From the NCBI GenBank assembly GCA_963782055.1, contig CAWAIF010000003.1, forward strand, positions 1,504,001 to 1,568,000: a DNA stretch of 64,000 nucleotides, read 5' to 3'. Source of the DNA: an uncultured delta proteobacterium. GTDB lineage: Bacteria > Myxococcota_A > Polyangia > Polyangiales > Polyangiaceae. The position numbers and the translations under genes were made by a program. The notes beneath the pieces are model-generated. The model made no database searches. It saw nothing but the letters and a program-made list of their open reading frames with translations, and was not told the origin of the DNA. This document shows, piece after piece, positions 10,496 to 19,968 of the stretch (position 1 is its first letter; each line of letters starts with the position of its first letter).

Positions 10496-11533
10496 ATGCC
10501 CAACATCCCGCGTCCCGCGCCCAGCTCCCGCCCCGCGCCGAAGTCCCGCCCGTCGAGCTCCCGCGCGGCGCCGCCCAGCTCCAAGTCGGTCAAGGCGCTG
10601 CCGGAGCTCATCGTCTTCGGCTACGCCGCGCCCGAGGCGAGCGCGGAGGCGAAGCGCCGGATGACCGACCTCGCCATCCGGCTCGGCAAGCTCGCCGGCA
10701 CCGACGTCGGCATGACCGCCCTGCCCTCGTACGAGCGGGTGGCACAGCTCGTCCACAAGGGTGAGATCGACCTCGCCTGGCTCTCGCCCATCCCCTTCAT
10801 CGCGCTGATGCGCGGCAAGAGCGTGGTCCCGCTGGTGAGCCAGTATCGCGTCGGGCGCAACAGCTACCACGGCGCCATCATCGTCGCCGCGTCCTCCCGG
10901 GTGCGCTCGCCCACGGGGCTGAAGGGCAAGCGCGCGGCGTGGGTGGACAAGCACAGCGCCAGCGGCTTCGTGTTGCCGCGCATCCAGCTCGCGGCGATGG
11001 GCGTCGACCCGCGCACCGCCTTCTCCGGGCAGCGCTTCTACGGGTCACACCAGGCGGTGGTCAAGGCGGTGGCGTCGGGCAAGGCGGATTTCGGCGCGAC
11101 GTACGTGCAGCTCGGCAAGCAGGGGGCCATCGCCGACGGCCCGTGGACGCACGTCCCGGGCCTCGGCTCCTCCATCCGCGTGCTGGCGATCTTCGGCGAG
11201 ATCCCCTCCGACGTCATCGCCGCGCGCGGCGATCTCCCGGCCGCCGGGCGCGACCGTCTCACGCGCGCCTTCTTGCAGCTCGCCAAGGACCCGAAGGGCA
11301 AGGAGCTGGTGCGGGAGGTGTTCGGCGCGGACGACTTCCGTCGCCCCAGCGTGGCGAGCTACGAGGAGCTGCGCAACGCCGCCGCCGGCGCGGTGGAGGA
11401 CGGCCTCCTCGACGCGGGCGCCGGAGAGCGCGGCGCGGCCGAGGCCTCGGCCGACAAGACCCAGCCCATCCAGGTGCGCCGCCGCGCCGACAGCACGCAG
11501 GAGGCGGAGATCATCGAGGTGATCGAGGAGTAG
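10496..11533 (+). CDS. PhnD-like phosphate/phosphonate-binding domain protein with no visible signal peptide
   Basis: DLAWLSP, VDKHSASGFVLP, GSHQAVV.AV..G.ADFGA, IPSD. Confidence 0.8.
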   Translation: MPNIPRPAPSSRPAPKSRPSSSRAAPPSSKSVKALPELIVFGYAAPEASAEAKRRMTDLAIRLGKLAGTDVGMTALPSYERVAQLVHKGEIDLAWLSPIPFIALMRGKSVVPLVSQYRVGRNSYHGAIIVAASSRVRSPTGLKGKRAAWVDKHSASGFVLPRIQLAAMGVDPRTAFSGQRFYGSHQAVVKAVASGKADFGATYVQLGKQGAIADGPWTHVPGLGSSIRVLAIFGEIPSDVIAARGDLPAAGRDRLTRAFLQLAKDPKGKELVREVFGADDFRRPSVASYEELRNAAAGAVEDGLLDAGAGERGAAEASADKTQPIQVRRRADSTQEAEIIEVIEE

Positions 11534-11555
11534 CGCGGCGCTAGACTCTGAGCCG

Positions 11556-12530
11556 ATGGACCTCGATCGGATGCTCGAGCGCTGCCGGCGCGATCAGTGG
11601 TCGGTGCACGACATCGACCTCTCCCGTCCGCCGCGGGCGCTCTCCGAAGAGGACGAGATCGCGGTCTGCCAGCTCTTCACCGACATGGCGGTGATCGAGC
11701 GGCTCGCAGGCGCGCTCTTCCGCGAGCAGTCGCGGCGGGTGGACGATCCGGTGCTGCACGACATCTTCGAGACGTTCGTCGTCGACGAGATCCGCCACGC
11801 GCAGATGGCGCAGCTCCTCGCCGACCACTACGACCGCCGGCGGCTGCGCGTCTACCGGCCGAGCCCCGCGCTGACCCGCTTCTTCGACCACTTCGTCACC
11901 GCGGTGACCGGCCTCGACGACGACGTCGCCAACACCTACATCACCGCGGGTGAGCTGATCCTGGACATCGCCCTCCTGCGCTCGCTCAACGACTACGTCG
12001 CCGACGAGGCGAGCGACCAGGCGATGCGGCTCATCAACCGCGACGAGTCGCGGCACATCGCCATCGACTACCACATGGTGGGCTACTACTCGTCGCCCGC
12101 GTGGGCGGAGCGCCGGGCGCGCCGCCCGCACAAGACGCCTCGCGATCACGCGCGCTCGGCCTGGACGTTCGCCTCGATGCTTTACTTCGGCCAGCCCTTC
12201 TTCCGCGACGTCTTCTTCCGGCCGATGGAGCGCATCGACCCGTCCGGCACGCGCATGCGCGAGGCGTTCAAGCGCCTGCAGCTCCTCGGCGCCAAGCCGG
12301 CCGTGATGAACACGTGGTTCGGCACCTTCGCCCGGGTGCTGCAGGACGGCTACAACCACCCGGTCGTCGGCCGCGCGCTCGGCCCGGCCATCCGGCGCGT
12401 GGCGGGCATCGGTGATTTCCTGGGGCGCCTCTACTCCGACGAGGAGCAGCACAAGGCCGCCGCGATGAGCTACGCCGAGCTCGCGGAGGAGGCGGTGGCG
12501 GTGAAGGAGGGCGGCGCCCTCTTCGAGTAG
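11556..12530 (+). CDS. Ferritin-like di-iron protein
   Basis: IERLA, DEIRH, GEL, DESRH: two ExxH motifs. Confidence 0.8.
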   Translation: MDLDRMLERCRRDQWSVHDIDLSRPPRALSEEDEIAVCQLFTDMAVIERLAGALFREQSRRVDDPVLHDIFETFVVDEIRHAQMAQLLADHYDRRRLRVYRPSPALTRFFDHFVTAVTGLDDDVANTYITAGELILDIALLRSLNDYVADEASDQAMRLINRDESRHIAIDYHMVGYYSSPAWAERRARRPHKTPRDHARSAWTFASMLYFGQPFFRDVFFRPMERIDPSGTRMREAFKRLQLLGAKPAVMNTWFGTFARVLQDGYNHPVVGRALGPAIRRVAGIGDFLGRLYSDEEQHKAAAMSYAELAEEAVAVKEGGALFE

Positions 12531-12553
12531 ACGCGGCCCCCCCGCGTCGCGCC

Positions 12554-12838
12554 TCAGACCTTGCGCTCGTCCGGCCTGTAGCCACCCCGGACGATCAGCC
12601 CGTGCGCCATGCGCAAGAAGAGCACGACGGCGAGAGAAATGCCGGCTGCGGCGAACAGGTCCCGAACCGGATCTCCGGTGTGCATGACGTCCAGACGGAA
12701 GACGCCGCCCACCAGGGCCGAGCCCACGGCGAAGAAGCGCGTCATCGTGCGCACGGCGGGTTCCCGCGTGGGAATCAGCCGGAGACTGACCTCGCTCACG
12801 GCGACGCCGATGACGAGGAAGAGGAGGAGCATGGCCAT
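12554..12838 (-). CDS. Small membrane protein (3 TM)
   Basis: Three hydrophobic stretches; GGAG upstream of ATG at 12838. Confidence 0.6.
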   Translation of the reverse strand: MAMLLLFLVIGVAVSEVSLRLIPTREPAVRTMTRFFAVGSALVGGVFRLDVMHTGDPVRDLFAAAGISLAVVLFLRMAHGLIVRGGYRPDERKV

Positions 12839-12885
12839 GGTGGACTCCGATCTGCGCACCGGAGGTGCGGCTATGCATCGTCAGG

Positions 12886-12901
12886 TGCATCCCATGTGCC
12901 A
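12886..12901 (-). promoter_or_regulatory. Sigma54 -24/-12 promoter
   Basis: TGGCACA-TGGG-ATGCA with exact GG-N10-GC spacing. Confidence 0.55.
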
Positions 12902-12954
12902 CGGCAGCACGCCCGGGGTGTGACGGCAGCGCTCCGGTCCGACTGGCGACGCGA

Positions 12955-14400
12955 TCAGCTCACGACCCAGCGTCGCGGGCCATCGGGCGCCCAGGCGCGC
13001 AGCTCCGCCACCGGCTGGCCATCGTCGCCGAGCTGGATGACCAGGTGCGTGCGGGGAGCCCGATACGCATCCTCGTCGGCGACGTCCGGCTCCTCCTCCG
13101 CCCAGGAGCCGACGTTGATGTACGTCGCCGCGCCCTCGTTGACGGGGGTCTCGGCCGGCGCGTGGGTGTGCCCCATCACGACGAACGCCGCGGGGAGCAG
13201 GCGCGCGAGGTGTGTCGCCCGCTCGGCCATCTGCTCGGCGGGATCCAGCTGGCGCTGCCGCGAGAGGTACGCGTGGCCGAGCACCCAGCCCAGCGCGACG
13301 CATGCGCTGGCGTAGAAGAAGTGACCGGAGCGCAGGCCCAGCACCCCCGTCACCAGCAGCAGCAGCGAGCAGAGCAGGGCGAGGGCGAGCCTGTCGAGCA
13401 GCACGCTCGCCAGGATGCCGCGGATGGATCGCGTGACGGGCGGCGTCTGCAGGGCGGCGAGCGCGCGCAGCCTGTCAATCCCGATGCGCGTCGCCTCAGC
13501 CACCAGACCCATGCGCCGCTCGTGCTCTGCCTTGAGCGCGCGCGCCGCCTCCGAGAAGTGGCCGCGCCGCAGGCGGAAGAGCTCCACGACCGCCTCGAGG
13601 AAGCGGAAGAGGAGCTTGAACATGCCGCCGATGCCGAGGCGCGCCCCGAAGGTGAGGTAGTCGAGCATGCCCTTGTGCTCGTGGCCGTGCTCGTGCATGC
13701 CCATCGTGGGGCGGACGACGTAGCGCAGGAGCACGTCGGAGAAGCCGCGGGCCACGCGGCGCGGATCCAGCGGGGAGAGCGGCGCCATCAGGTAGTCGGT
13801 GGCGCAGAAGGCGTCGTACTGGTGACCGTGCTCGATGTAGGCCACGCCCTTCCAGAAGAAGAACCAGGGGCGGAAATCGATGCGATCGAGGAAGCGCGCC
13901 GCCTCCTCGCCGGTGAGGGCGGTGTGCGCGAGGAGCAGGGCGCGGAAGTCCTCCTTGACGCCGTCCCAGTAGAACTCCACGTCGTGGTTGCCGTGCACGA
14001 CGGTGAGCGCGTGGCCGCCCGCGACGAAGGTGGCGAGCGCGGCGAACACGTCCGGGTGGCGCCCGGCGACGCGACGGAGCTTGGCGCGCGCGTGGTCCGC
14101 GGCGTTGCCCAGGCCGTGCTCCTGCTCCTCCTCGTTCAGCGCGGTCTCCAGCGGGCCGTCCGGGCTCACCGTGATGCCGATGAAGTCGATGAAGTCCCCC
14201 GCGATGACGATGCGCCACCGGTCCGCCGCCGGCTTCTCGTTGCGGTAGTGGGCGAGGAAGTCGACGAGATCGTGGTCGATGCGATCGGAGCGGCGCGCTC
14301 GCTGGGCGGGGGCGAGGCGATCGTTCAGGTCACTCCCGAGGTGAACGTCGGAAAAGACGAGCAGACTCTCGCGGGGGGAATTGGGAGTGAGTGAGGACAC
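12955..14400 (-). CDS. Calcineurin-like metallophosphoesterase with membrane insertion (LpxH-like motifs)
   Basis: SDVHLG, GDFID, GNHD, EHGH, MGHTH; two TM helices before the last motif; start placed downstream of the sigma54 site. Confidence 0.85.
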   Translation of the reverse strand: MSSLTPNSPRESLLVFSDVHLGSDLNDRLAPAQRARRSDRIDHDLVDFLAHYRNEKPAADRWRIVIAGDFIDFIGITVSPDGPLETALNEEEQEHGLGNAADHARAKLRRVAGRHPDVFAALATFVAGGHALTVVHGNHDVEFYWDGVKEDFRALLLAHTALTGEEAARFLDRIDFRPWFFFWKGVAYIEHGHQYDAFCATDYLMAPLSPLDPRRVARGFSDVLLRYVVRPTMGMHEHGHEHKGMLDYLTFGARLGIGGMFKLLFRFLEAVVELFRLRRGHFSEAARALKAEHERRMGLVAEATRIGIDRLRALAALQTPPVTRSIRGILASVLLDRLALALLCSLLLLVTGVLGLRSGHFFYASACVALGWVLGHAYLSRQRQLDPAEQMAERATHLARLLPAAFVVMGHTHAPAETPVNEGAATYINVGSWAEEEPDVADEDAYRAPRTHLVIQLGDDGQPVAELRAWAPDGPRRWVVS

Positions 14401-14419
14401 GACTGTACGGTTAATATGA

Positions 14420-14435
14420 CGCACGAGTCGTGCCA
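14420..14435 (-). promoter_or_regulatory. Sigma54 -24/-12 promoter
   Basis: TGGCACG-ACTC-GTGCG. Confidence 0.55.
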
Positions 14436-14509
14436 GCGCTCGTCATGGGAGCGTCATTTCGGCAGCGATCGCGCCGATTTCGCCGCGCGTTCGTGCGCGT
14501 GGCCTCGCG

Positions 14510-14728
14510 TCACCAGCCGAATCGAACGGCGCCCCAGAGCGCGGCGAGGATCACGATGGCGATGCCGGCCATCAGGAACAGATTGGAGATGAAGAAGGGG
14601 TAGGCGATGAGCAGCACGCCCGCGATCATGTGGGGGAACCGCGCCTGGCGCTTGCCGTAGACGAGCGCCACCGTGCCGATCCCGCTGATGACGATCGAGG
14701 CGAGGATGGCGTTGGCGTCGAGGTCCAT
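14510..14728 (-). CDS. Small hydrophobic membrane protein
   Basis: 72 aa; G.IG....YGK.Q....M..G..L..YP.F pattern; extended -10 immediately upstream. Confidence 0.75.
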   Translation of the reverse strand: MDLDANAILASIVISGIGTVALVYGKRQARFPHMIAGVLLIAYPFFISNLFLMAGIAIVILAALWGAVRFGW

Positions 14729-14859
14729 GGGTGCAAGCTAGCACGCGCGGCAGGCCGCGCCCGGGCGGCCACCGCGCGCGCGCCGCGCACCGGGTGCAGA
14801 GGCGCGCAGGATTGGTCGCCGCGTCCCCGCCGCAGCGCTTCTTTTCGGACTCGACGTCG

Positions 14860-14875
14860 CGGCACGAGCGATGCA
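14860..14875 (+). promoter_or_regulatory. Sigma54 -24/-12 promoter
   Basis: CGGCACG-AGCG-ATGCA. Confidence 0.45.
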
Positions 14876-14890
14876 GCTCGTCGTCTTGCC

Positions 14891-15568
14891 ATGCGTCATC
14901 ACCTCGCCAGTGCCTTGTTGATCCTCTCCTCCAGCGTCGTCGCGTGCGGCGCGCAGCCGTCGGCCGAGTATCCGGTGACCGCCAGCACCGCGCCCGCTCC
15001 TGCGCCCGCCCCCCCGCCTGCCGCGGCGCCGGGCCGCATGGGCGCCGGTCCGCGCGCAGGAGGCGGCGCAAACGCCGACTGCCCCTGGCGTGGCCAGATG
15101 GGCGCCGGGGCCGTCGCGCCGCGCACGGGGGCTTCCTGCCCCGGGGCGAGCGGGGCGACTCCCGTGCCCTTCACCGAAGGCGTCGCGCAGGCGGTGAACC
15201 GTGCCTACCAGGACGAGCTGCGCGCGCAGGCGACGTACGACAAGGCGATCGCGGATCACGGGGCGGCGCGGCCGTTCCAGCGCATCGCCTTCTCGGAGGC
15301 GCGTCACGCGTGGCTGGTGCGCGGGCTGTATTCCTCGCGCGGGCTCGAGCCGCCCAAGAGCGCGTGGAGCGCGGCCGCCGTGCCCTCGTACAAGACGATG
15401 CAGGCCGCCTGCGCCGCCGGCGTGGCCATCGAGACGGAGAACGTCGCCATGTACGATCAGCTCCTGGCGCGGACGGACCTGCCGCCGGACGTCCGCAACG
15501 TCTTCGAGCGCCTGCGCGCCATGTCGCAGAACCGGCACCTCCCCGCGTTCCGCTCCTGCGCGCCCTGA
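14891..15568 (+). CDS. Ferritin-like (DUF2202-type) lipoprotein
   Basis: Lipobox VVAC; DELRA..Y, RPF.RI..SEARH, AC.AGV.IE.EN.AMY, SQNRHLPAF. Confidence 0.8.
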   Translation: MRHHLASALLILSSSVVACGAQPSAEYPVTASTAPAPAPAPPPAAAPGRMGAGPRAGGGANADCPWRGQMGAGAVAPRTGASCPGASGATPVPFTEGVAQAVNRAYQDELRAQATYDKAIADHGAARPFQRIAFSEARHAWLVRGLYSSRGLEPPKSAWSAAAVPSYKTMQAACAAGVAIETENVAMYDQLLARTDLPPDVRNVFERLRAMSQNRHLPAFRSCAP

Positions 15569-15610
15569 ATCAGCGTCGCCGTCGCGGTCGGTCCCCGGCC
15601 AACGGCCGGC

Positions 15611-16240
15611 TCACGCGCAGCCGCACCCCGCGGGCGGGAGCTGATCGATGAAGTCGCGGTAGCGGGCGGTCACCTCGTCCAGCAGCGCCTCCGCGCCGTC
15701 GGCGAGCTTCGCGTCGATGCCGGCCCACTGCGCGGGCCCGAGGCGTGCCACGGCGAGCGGGAAGACCAGCGCCTCCTCCACCGCCATGTTGCGTCGCAGC
15801 TCCGCGGTGTACGCGAAGCCGAGGTGGGCGATGCTCCGGCGCTCCACCGGCGCGTCGGCGAGGGCGCAGTCGAGCAGCTCCTGCAGGAGGAGGCCGCGCC
15901 GGGCGATGGTGTCGTGCTGACTCCTCAGCGTGTCGGCGATCACCTGGAGCGACGGGTCGTTCGCCACGAGCTCGGCCATCACCAGCTCCTCGCGCGTGTG
16001 GTGCACGGCGTCGATGTACTCGGTGAGGAAGCTCACCACCTCGCGCATCATCGCGCAGTCCCCGTCCCCGGCGGCGTGCACGAGGGTGAGCTGTGACTCC
16101 AGCGAGGCGAGCAGGCGGGATACGTCGTCGTGCTCCCGGCGCAACCGCCCGACCGGAGCGTCGTCGGGCGTGGGCGTGATGGCCACACCGGACGAGTGGT
16201 CCACCACGTGTGTGTACGTGCCATCGTTCGGGTGATTCAT
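15611..16240 (-). CDS. Hemerythrin-like (HHE) domain protein
   Basis: LRREH, HHTREE, QH, 'NMAVEEALVFP'. Confidence 0.8.
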   Translation of the reverse strand: MNHPNDGTYTHVVDHSSGVAITPTPDDAPVGRLRREHDDVSRLLASLESQLTLVHAAGDGDCAMMREVVSFLTEYIDAVHHTREELVMAELVANDPSLQVIADTLRSQHDTIARRGLLLQELLDCALADAPVERRSIAHLGFAYTAELRRNMAVEEALVFPLAVARLGPAQWAGIDAKLADGAEALLDEVTARYRDFIDQLPPAGCGCA

Positions 16241-16284
16241 GGGGCACCTCCAGCGCAGAACAGGCCGATCATGGAAGAAACATG

Positions 16285-16300
16285 TGCATCCACCGTGCCC
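16285..16300 (-). promoter_or_regulatory. Sigma54 -24/-12 promoter
   Basis: GGGCACG-GTGG-ATGCA upstream of the GGAGG RBS of the hemerythrin gene. Confidence 0.5.
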
Positions 16301-16449
16301 GGGGCAGCCCAGCCCATCCCGATGGTTGGAGAGTCCGATCGCCCCGCGACGAGCTGCACATCGGTCGTCGCACGCGCAAAACGAGCGCGCCCACCGGGGC
16401 ATTTGGGTGGCGCAAAAGTCGCACCATGCGTCATAGTGGAGCCTCAGCG

Positions 16450-17313
16450 ATGCGTCGAAGGGGTCCTGTGCGGGGTGTGGCGAGTGGTGCGCTGACAGGC
16501 CTGCTCCTGGTCGGTGCGCTGGGCTGCGCCACCGGTGGCAAGGTGAGCGATGATGCCGGCACGCCGCAGGTGGAGGCGGGCGGCGACACTGGCGCGCCGG
16601 TCGACGCCGCCGCCGACGCCCCCGCGTCCGACGCCGCGGCGGACGGCGGGACCGAGGACGCCGCGGTCGACGCCGACGCCGGCTCCGGCCTCGCGCGCCT
16701 CCAGCTCAACGAGATCGCCCCCAACGTCAGCAGCAACGTCGACCTCGTCGAGCTGCTGGTGGTCGCTGCCGGGAAGACGACGGGCATCACGCTGGAGCAG
16801 GACATCACCAGCGGCGTGCTCATCCTCGCCACGCTGCCCGACCTGCCGGTGGCCAAGGGGGACTTCATCGTCGTGCACCTCAAGCCCCCGGCCGGCGTGA
16901 CCGACGAGACCACCAGCCAGACGGACTGCACCAACGCCAACTGCTACGACACGGGGTGGGACGTACGTGGTGGCGCCGGGGGCATCACCTACTCCGGGCG
17001 CGTGCTGGTGCTCCGCGACTTCAACAACGGACCCATCCAGGACGGCGCCGCCTTCTACCGGAGCAACGCCACGTCCCCCGCGGGCTTCTTCAACGAGGTG
17101 ATGGCGCTCCAGGTGGCCACGCAGTGGCTCCCGGCGGACTGCGGCGGCAACGCATGCAACACCAATCCTCTCGCCGAGGGCGTCTCCGCCGACTGGGCCG
17201 GCTGCGGGAGCGGGCCGGCGGGCAAGACCGTCGCGCGCGTCGCTGGCGCCGACACCGACGGCGCGGGCGACTGGGCGGTGGGGACCAACTCCATCGCCCT
17301 GACCAACCCTTGA
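16450..17313 (+). CDS. Lipoprotein with lamin-tail-like domain
   Basis: Lipobox ALGC, DA-rich linker, LQLNEI...DLVEL LTD-like motif. Confidence 0.75.
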   Translation: MRRRGPVRGVASGALTGLLLVGALGCATGGKVSDDAGTPQVEAGGDTGAPVDAAADAPASDAAADGGTEDAAVDADAGSGLARLQLNEIAPNVSSNVDLVELLVVAAGKTTGITLEQDITSGVLILATLPDLPVAKGDFIVVHLKPPAGVTDETTSQTDCTNANCYDTGWDVRGGAGGITYSGRVLVLRDFNNGPIQDGAAFYRSNATSPAGFFNEVMALQVATQWLPADCGGNACNTNPLAEGVSADWAGCGSGPAGKTVARVAGADTDGAGDWAVGTNSIALTNP

Positions 17314-17317
17314 CGCG

Positions 17318-18190
17318 TCAAGCGTTCGCCGTCCGCCGCCGGATGAGCCCCTCCTGCGCGGTGGAAGCCACCAGCCGGCCGTCGCGTGTGAAGACGCGGC
17401 CGCGGGCCAGCCCGCGAGCCCCGTGGGCGGCCGGGCTGTCGATGACGTAGAGCAGCCACTCGTCGACGCGGAAGGAGCGATGAAACCACATCACGTGATC
17501 CAGGCTCGCCACCTGCATCCCGCGGGTCAGCCAGGTCACGCCGTGAGGCAGCAGCGACGTGGTGACGAAGGCGAAGTCGGAGGCGTAGGCGAGCAGGTAG
17601 CCGTGGAGCGCCGGGTCGTCGGGGAGCTGCCCGGCGGTGCGCAGCCACAGCATCCGCCGCGGCGGGCGCGGCGCGGGGGCGAAGGGGTCGTCGTCGGGCT
17701 CGACGGGTCTCGTCTCGAAGGGGCGTGGCGCGAGCGCGCGCTGCAGCGCGAAGGCCGGGAGCCTGTCGGCGTGCGCCTTCCACCGCTCCTGCTCGGTGGC
17801 GAGCGACTCCGGCTCCGGCGCCTCCGGCATCTCGTCCTGGTGCTCGAAGCCGGGCTCCTCCTTCTGGAAGGAGGCGGCGAGGTTGAAGATGGCCTTGCCG
17901 CTCTGCACGGCGACGACCCGGCGGGTCGTGAAGGAGCCGCCGTCGCGGATGCGGTCCACCTCGTAGACGATGGGCTTGCGCACGTCCCCCGGCCGCAGGA
18001 AGTACGCGTGCATGGAGTGGGCGTGGCGCTCCGCCGGCACCGTCTGTACGGCGGCGGAGAGGGCCTGCCCGAGCACCTGCCCGCCGAAGACGGTGCCCCA
18101 CCCCAGATCCTGGCTCTGGCCGCGGAACAGGTTCTCCTCGATCCGCTCCAGGGCGAGCAGGGTGACGAGCTCGTCGAGCACCTTGGCCAT
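17318..18190 (-). CDS. tesB: Acyl-CoA thioesterase II
   Basis: VFGGQVLGQAL, HSMHAYFLRPG, RDGGSFTTRRV, YASD, ASLDH, QEGLIR. Confidence 0.96.
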   Translation of the reverse strand: MAKVLDELVTLLALERIEENLFRGQSQDLGWGTVFGGQVLGQALSAAVQTVPAERHAHSMHAYFLRPGDVRKPIVYEVDRIRDGGSFTTRRVVAVQSGKAIFNLAASFQKEEPGFEHQDEMPEAPEPESLATEQERWKAHADRLPAFALQRALAPRPFETRPVEPDDDPFAPAPRPPRRMLWLRTAGQLPDDPALHGYLLAYASDFAFVTTSLLPHGVTWLTRGMQVASLDHVMWFHRSFRVDEWLLYVIDSPAAHGARGLARGRVFTRDGRLVASTAQEGLIRRRTANA

Positions 18191-18243
18191 GGAGCACGTT
18201 ATAGCGGCTTTACATCCGGCCGCGCGCGTGGATGCATGCGGCC

Positions 18244-18900
18244 ATGCGCACCGCACTCATCGTCGGGTCCTCCGGTCTGGTCGGCGGCTGCTGTCTGTCG
18301 CACCTCGTGGAGCGCATGGAGTACGCGCGCGTGGTGGCGCTGGTGCGGCGCCCCTCCGGACGCAAGGACGCCGGGCTGGAGGAGCGCGTCGTCGACTTCG
18401 ACCGGCTGGAGGAGCACAAGGACGCCTTCGCCGTGGACGACGTCTACGCGTGCCTGGGGACGACGATCAAGAAGGCCGGCTCGCAGGAGAGGTTCCGGCG
18501 CGTCGATCACGACTACACCGCGGCGGTGGCGCGGCTCGCGGCCGGGGGCGGGGCCTCCCGCTTCGCGCTGGTGTCGTCGGTGGGGGCGAGCGAGCGCGCG
18601 TCCAGCTTCTACCTGCGGGTGAAGGGGGAGACCGAGCGCGACGTGGCGGCGGCGGGGTTCGAGTCGCTGGTGATCGCGCGCCCCAGCCTCCTCGTGGGCG
18701 AGCGCGCGGAGAACCGGCCGGGCGAGCGCATCGGCATCGGCGTGGCGCGGGCGGTGACCTTCACCCTGATGGGCGGGCTGCGCAAGTACCGCCCGATCGC
18801 GGCCGACACCGTCGCGCGCGCGCTCGTCGCGGCGACGCTGGCGGGGGAGCAGGGCACGCGCATCCTCCACTTCGACGAGCTGGTCGCCTTCGGCGCGTGA
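18244..18900 (+). CDS. NAD(P)-binding oxidoreductase, YraR/TIP30 family
   Basis: GSSGLVG, CLGTTIKKAGS, VD.DY, YLRVKGE.E, RPSLLVG. Confidence 0.9.
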   Translation: MRTALIVGSSGLVGGCCLSHLVERMEYARVVALVRRPSGRKDAGLEERVVDFDRLEEHKDAFAVDDVYACLGTTIKKAGSQERFRRVDHDYTAAVARLAAGGGASRFALVSSVGASERASSFYLRVKGETERDVAAAGFESLVIARPSLLVGERAENRPGERIGIGVARAVTFTLMGGLRKYRPIAADTVARALVAATLAGEQGTRILHFDELVAFGA

Positions 18901-18948
18901 CGCCCCGCGGGCAGGCAACGCCTGGTGGGCCCGCGCCGATGGGCCCCC

Positions 18949-19968
18949 ATGAACATCCAGAGACGGACGACGTCCGCCGGACCCGCCCCGGATCACGACG
19001 AGCAGCCCGGCGCCGCGACGGAGGCGCGCCACCATCACGAACCGACGCCCGACCTGGGCGGTGGCCACGAGCACGAGCTCGACCACTCGGCGGTGCTCTT
19101 CGCGCAGAACGCGGGACGGGAGCCGCCGACGCGCTCCGACGCCACGAGCACGCAGCCGCGGCCGCACCTCAACGACGGGATCATCTACCTCGGCATGAAC
19201 TCCACGGTCGGTGACGACACTCACGAGCACCAGAACGAGCTCGAAGCGAAGAACCTCCCCGGCGCCGTGGTGATCGCGCACTCCGAAGACGGCCCCGACG
19301 GCGCCGACCACGCGCGCGTGGGCGGGAGGTCGGTCGACCTCTCCACGCCCGAGGGCGCGAAGGCCTTCGCCCAGTCGCTAGGCCTTCCTCCCGCGCAGTC
19401 GGGCGCCATCGCCCGCGTGCTGCGAGGCGCGGGCACCGGATCCCGCGACGAGCTCGCCGGCCTCGCGCGCCTCTTCGCCCGCGCCGAGCACGGCGGCACC
19501 ATCCCCAGCAGGCTTGTGCTCTCCGGTCACTCTGTGGGCGAGGGGATCTACGACGGCGCGGGCAAGGACGGCGGGCTCGGGTTCGCCTCGGTCCAGGCGC
19601 TCGCCGACGCCATGCCGGAGGCGGCCGCGCAGATCGAGGACCTCATGCTGTCGGCGTGCAGCACCGGCTACGAGGGCGTGCCGAACAAGACGTCGCTCAG
19701 CTCCTGGAAGGCACACTTCCCCAACCTGAAGACCGCGTGGGGCTACGAGATGCCGAGCGACTTTCACTCGCCGACCGAGAACCACGCGGTCTCGCACATC
19801 ACCGCGTGGCGGGAGCACACGCGCGGCCGCACCAATCACCTCGACGGGCCGAGCGCCGTCCGCGAGAGCTATGCGCGGCACCACGACGTGTGGGGGAGCA
19901 AGCCGCTCGTCCCGGAGAACGTCGCGGTGTGGACCGAGTCGCAGGGCTACCGGGAAGGACACCGCTGA
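18949..19968 (+). CDS. Hypothetical protein with caspase/CHAT-like His-Cys motifs
   Basis: Disordered N-terminus; RLVLSGHS and DLMLSACSTG. Confidence 0.6.
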   Translation: MNIQRRTTSAGPAPDHDEQPGAATEARHHHEPTPDLGGGHEHELDHSAVLFAQNAGREPPTRSDATSTQPRPHLNDGIIYLGMNSTVGDDTHEHQNELEAKNLPGAVVIAHSEDGPDGADHARVGGRSVDLSTPEGAKAFAQSLGLPPAQSGAIARVLRGAGTGSRDELAGLARLFARAEHGGTIPSRLVLSGHSVGEGIYDGAGKDGGLGFASVQALADAMPEAAAQIEDLMLSACSTGYEGVPNKTSLSSWKAHFPNLKTAWGYEMPSDFHSPTENHAVSHITAWREHTRGRTNHLDGPSAVRESYARHHDVWGSKPLVPENVAVWTESQGYREGHR

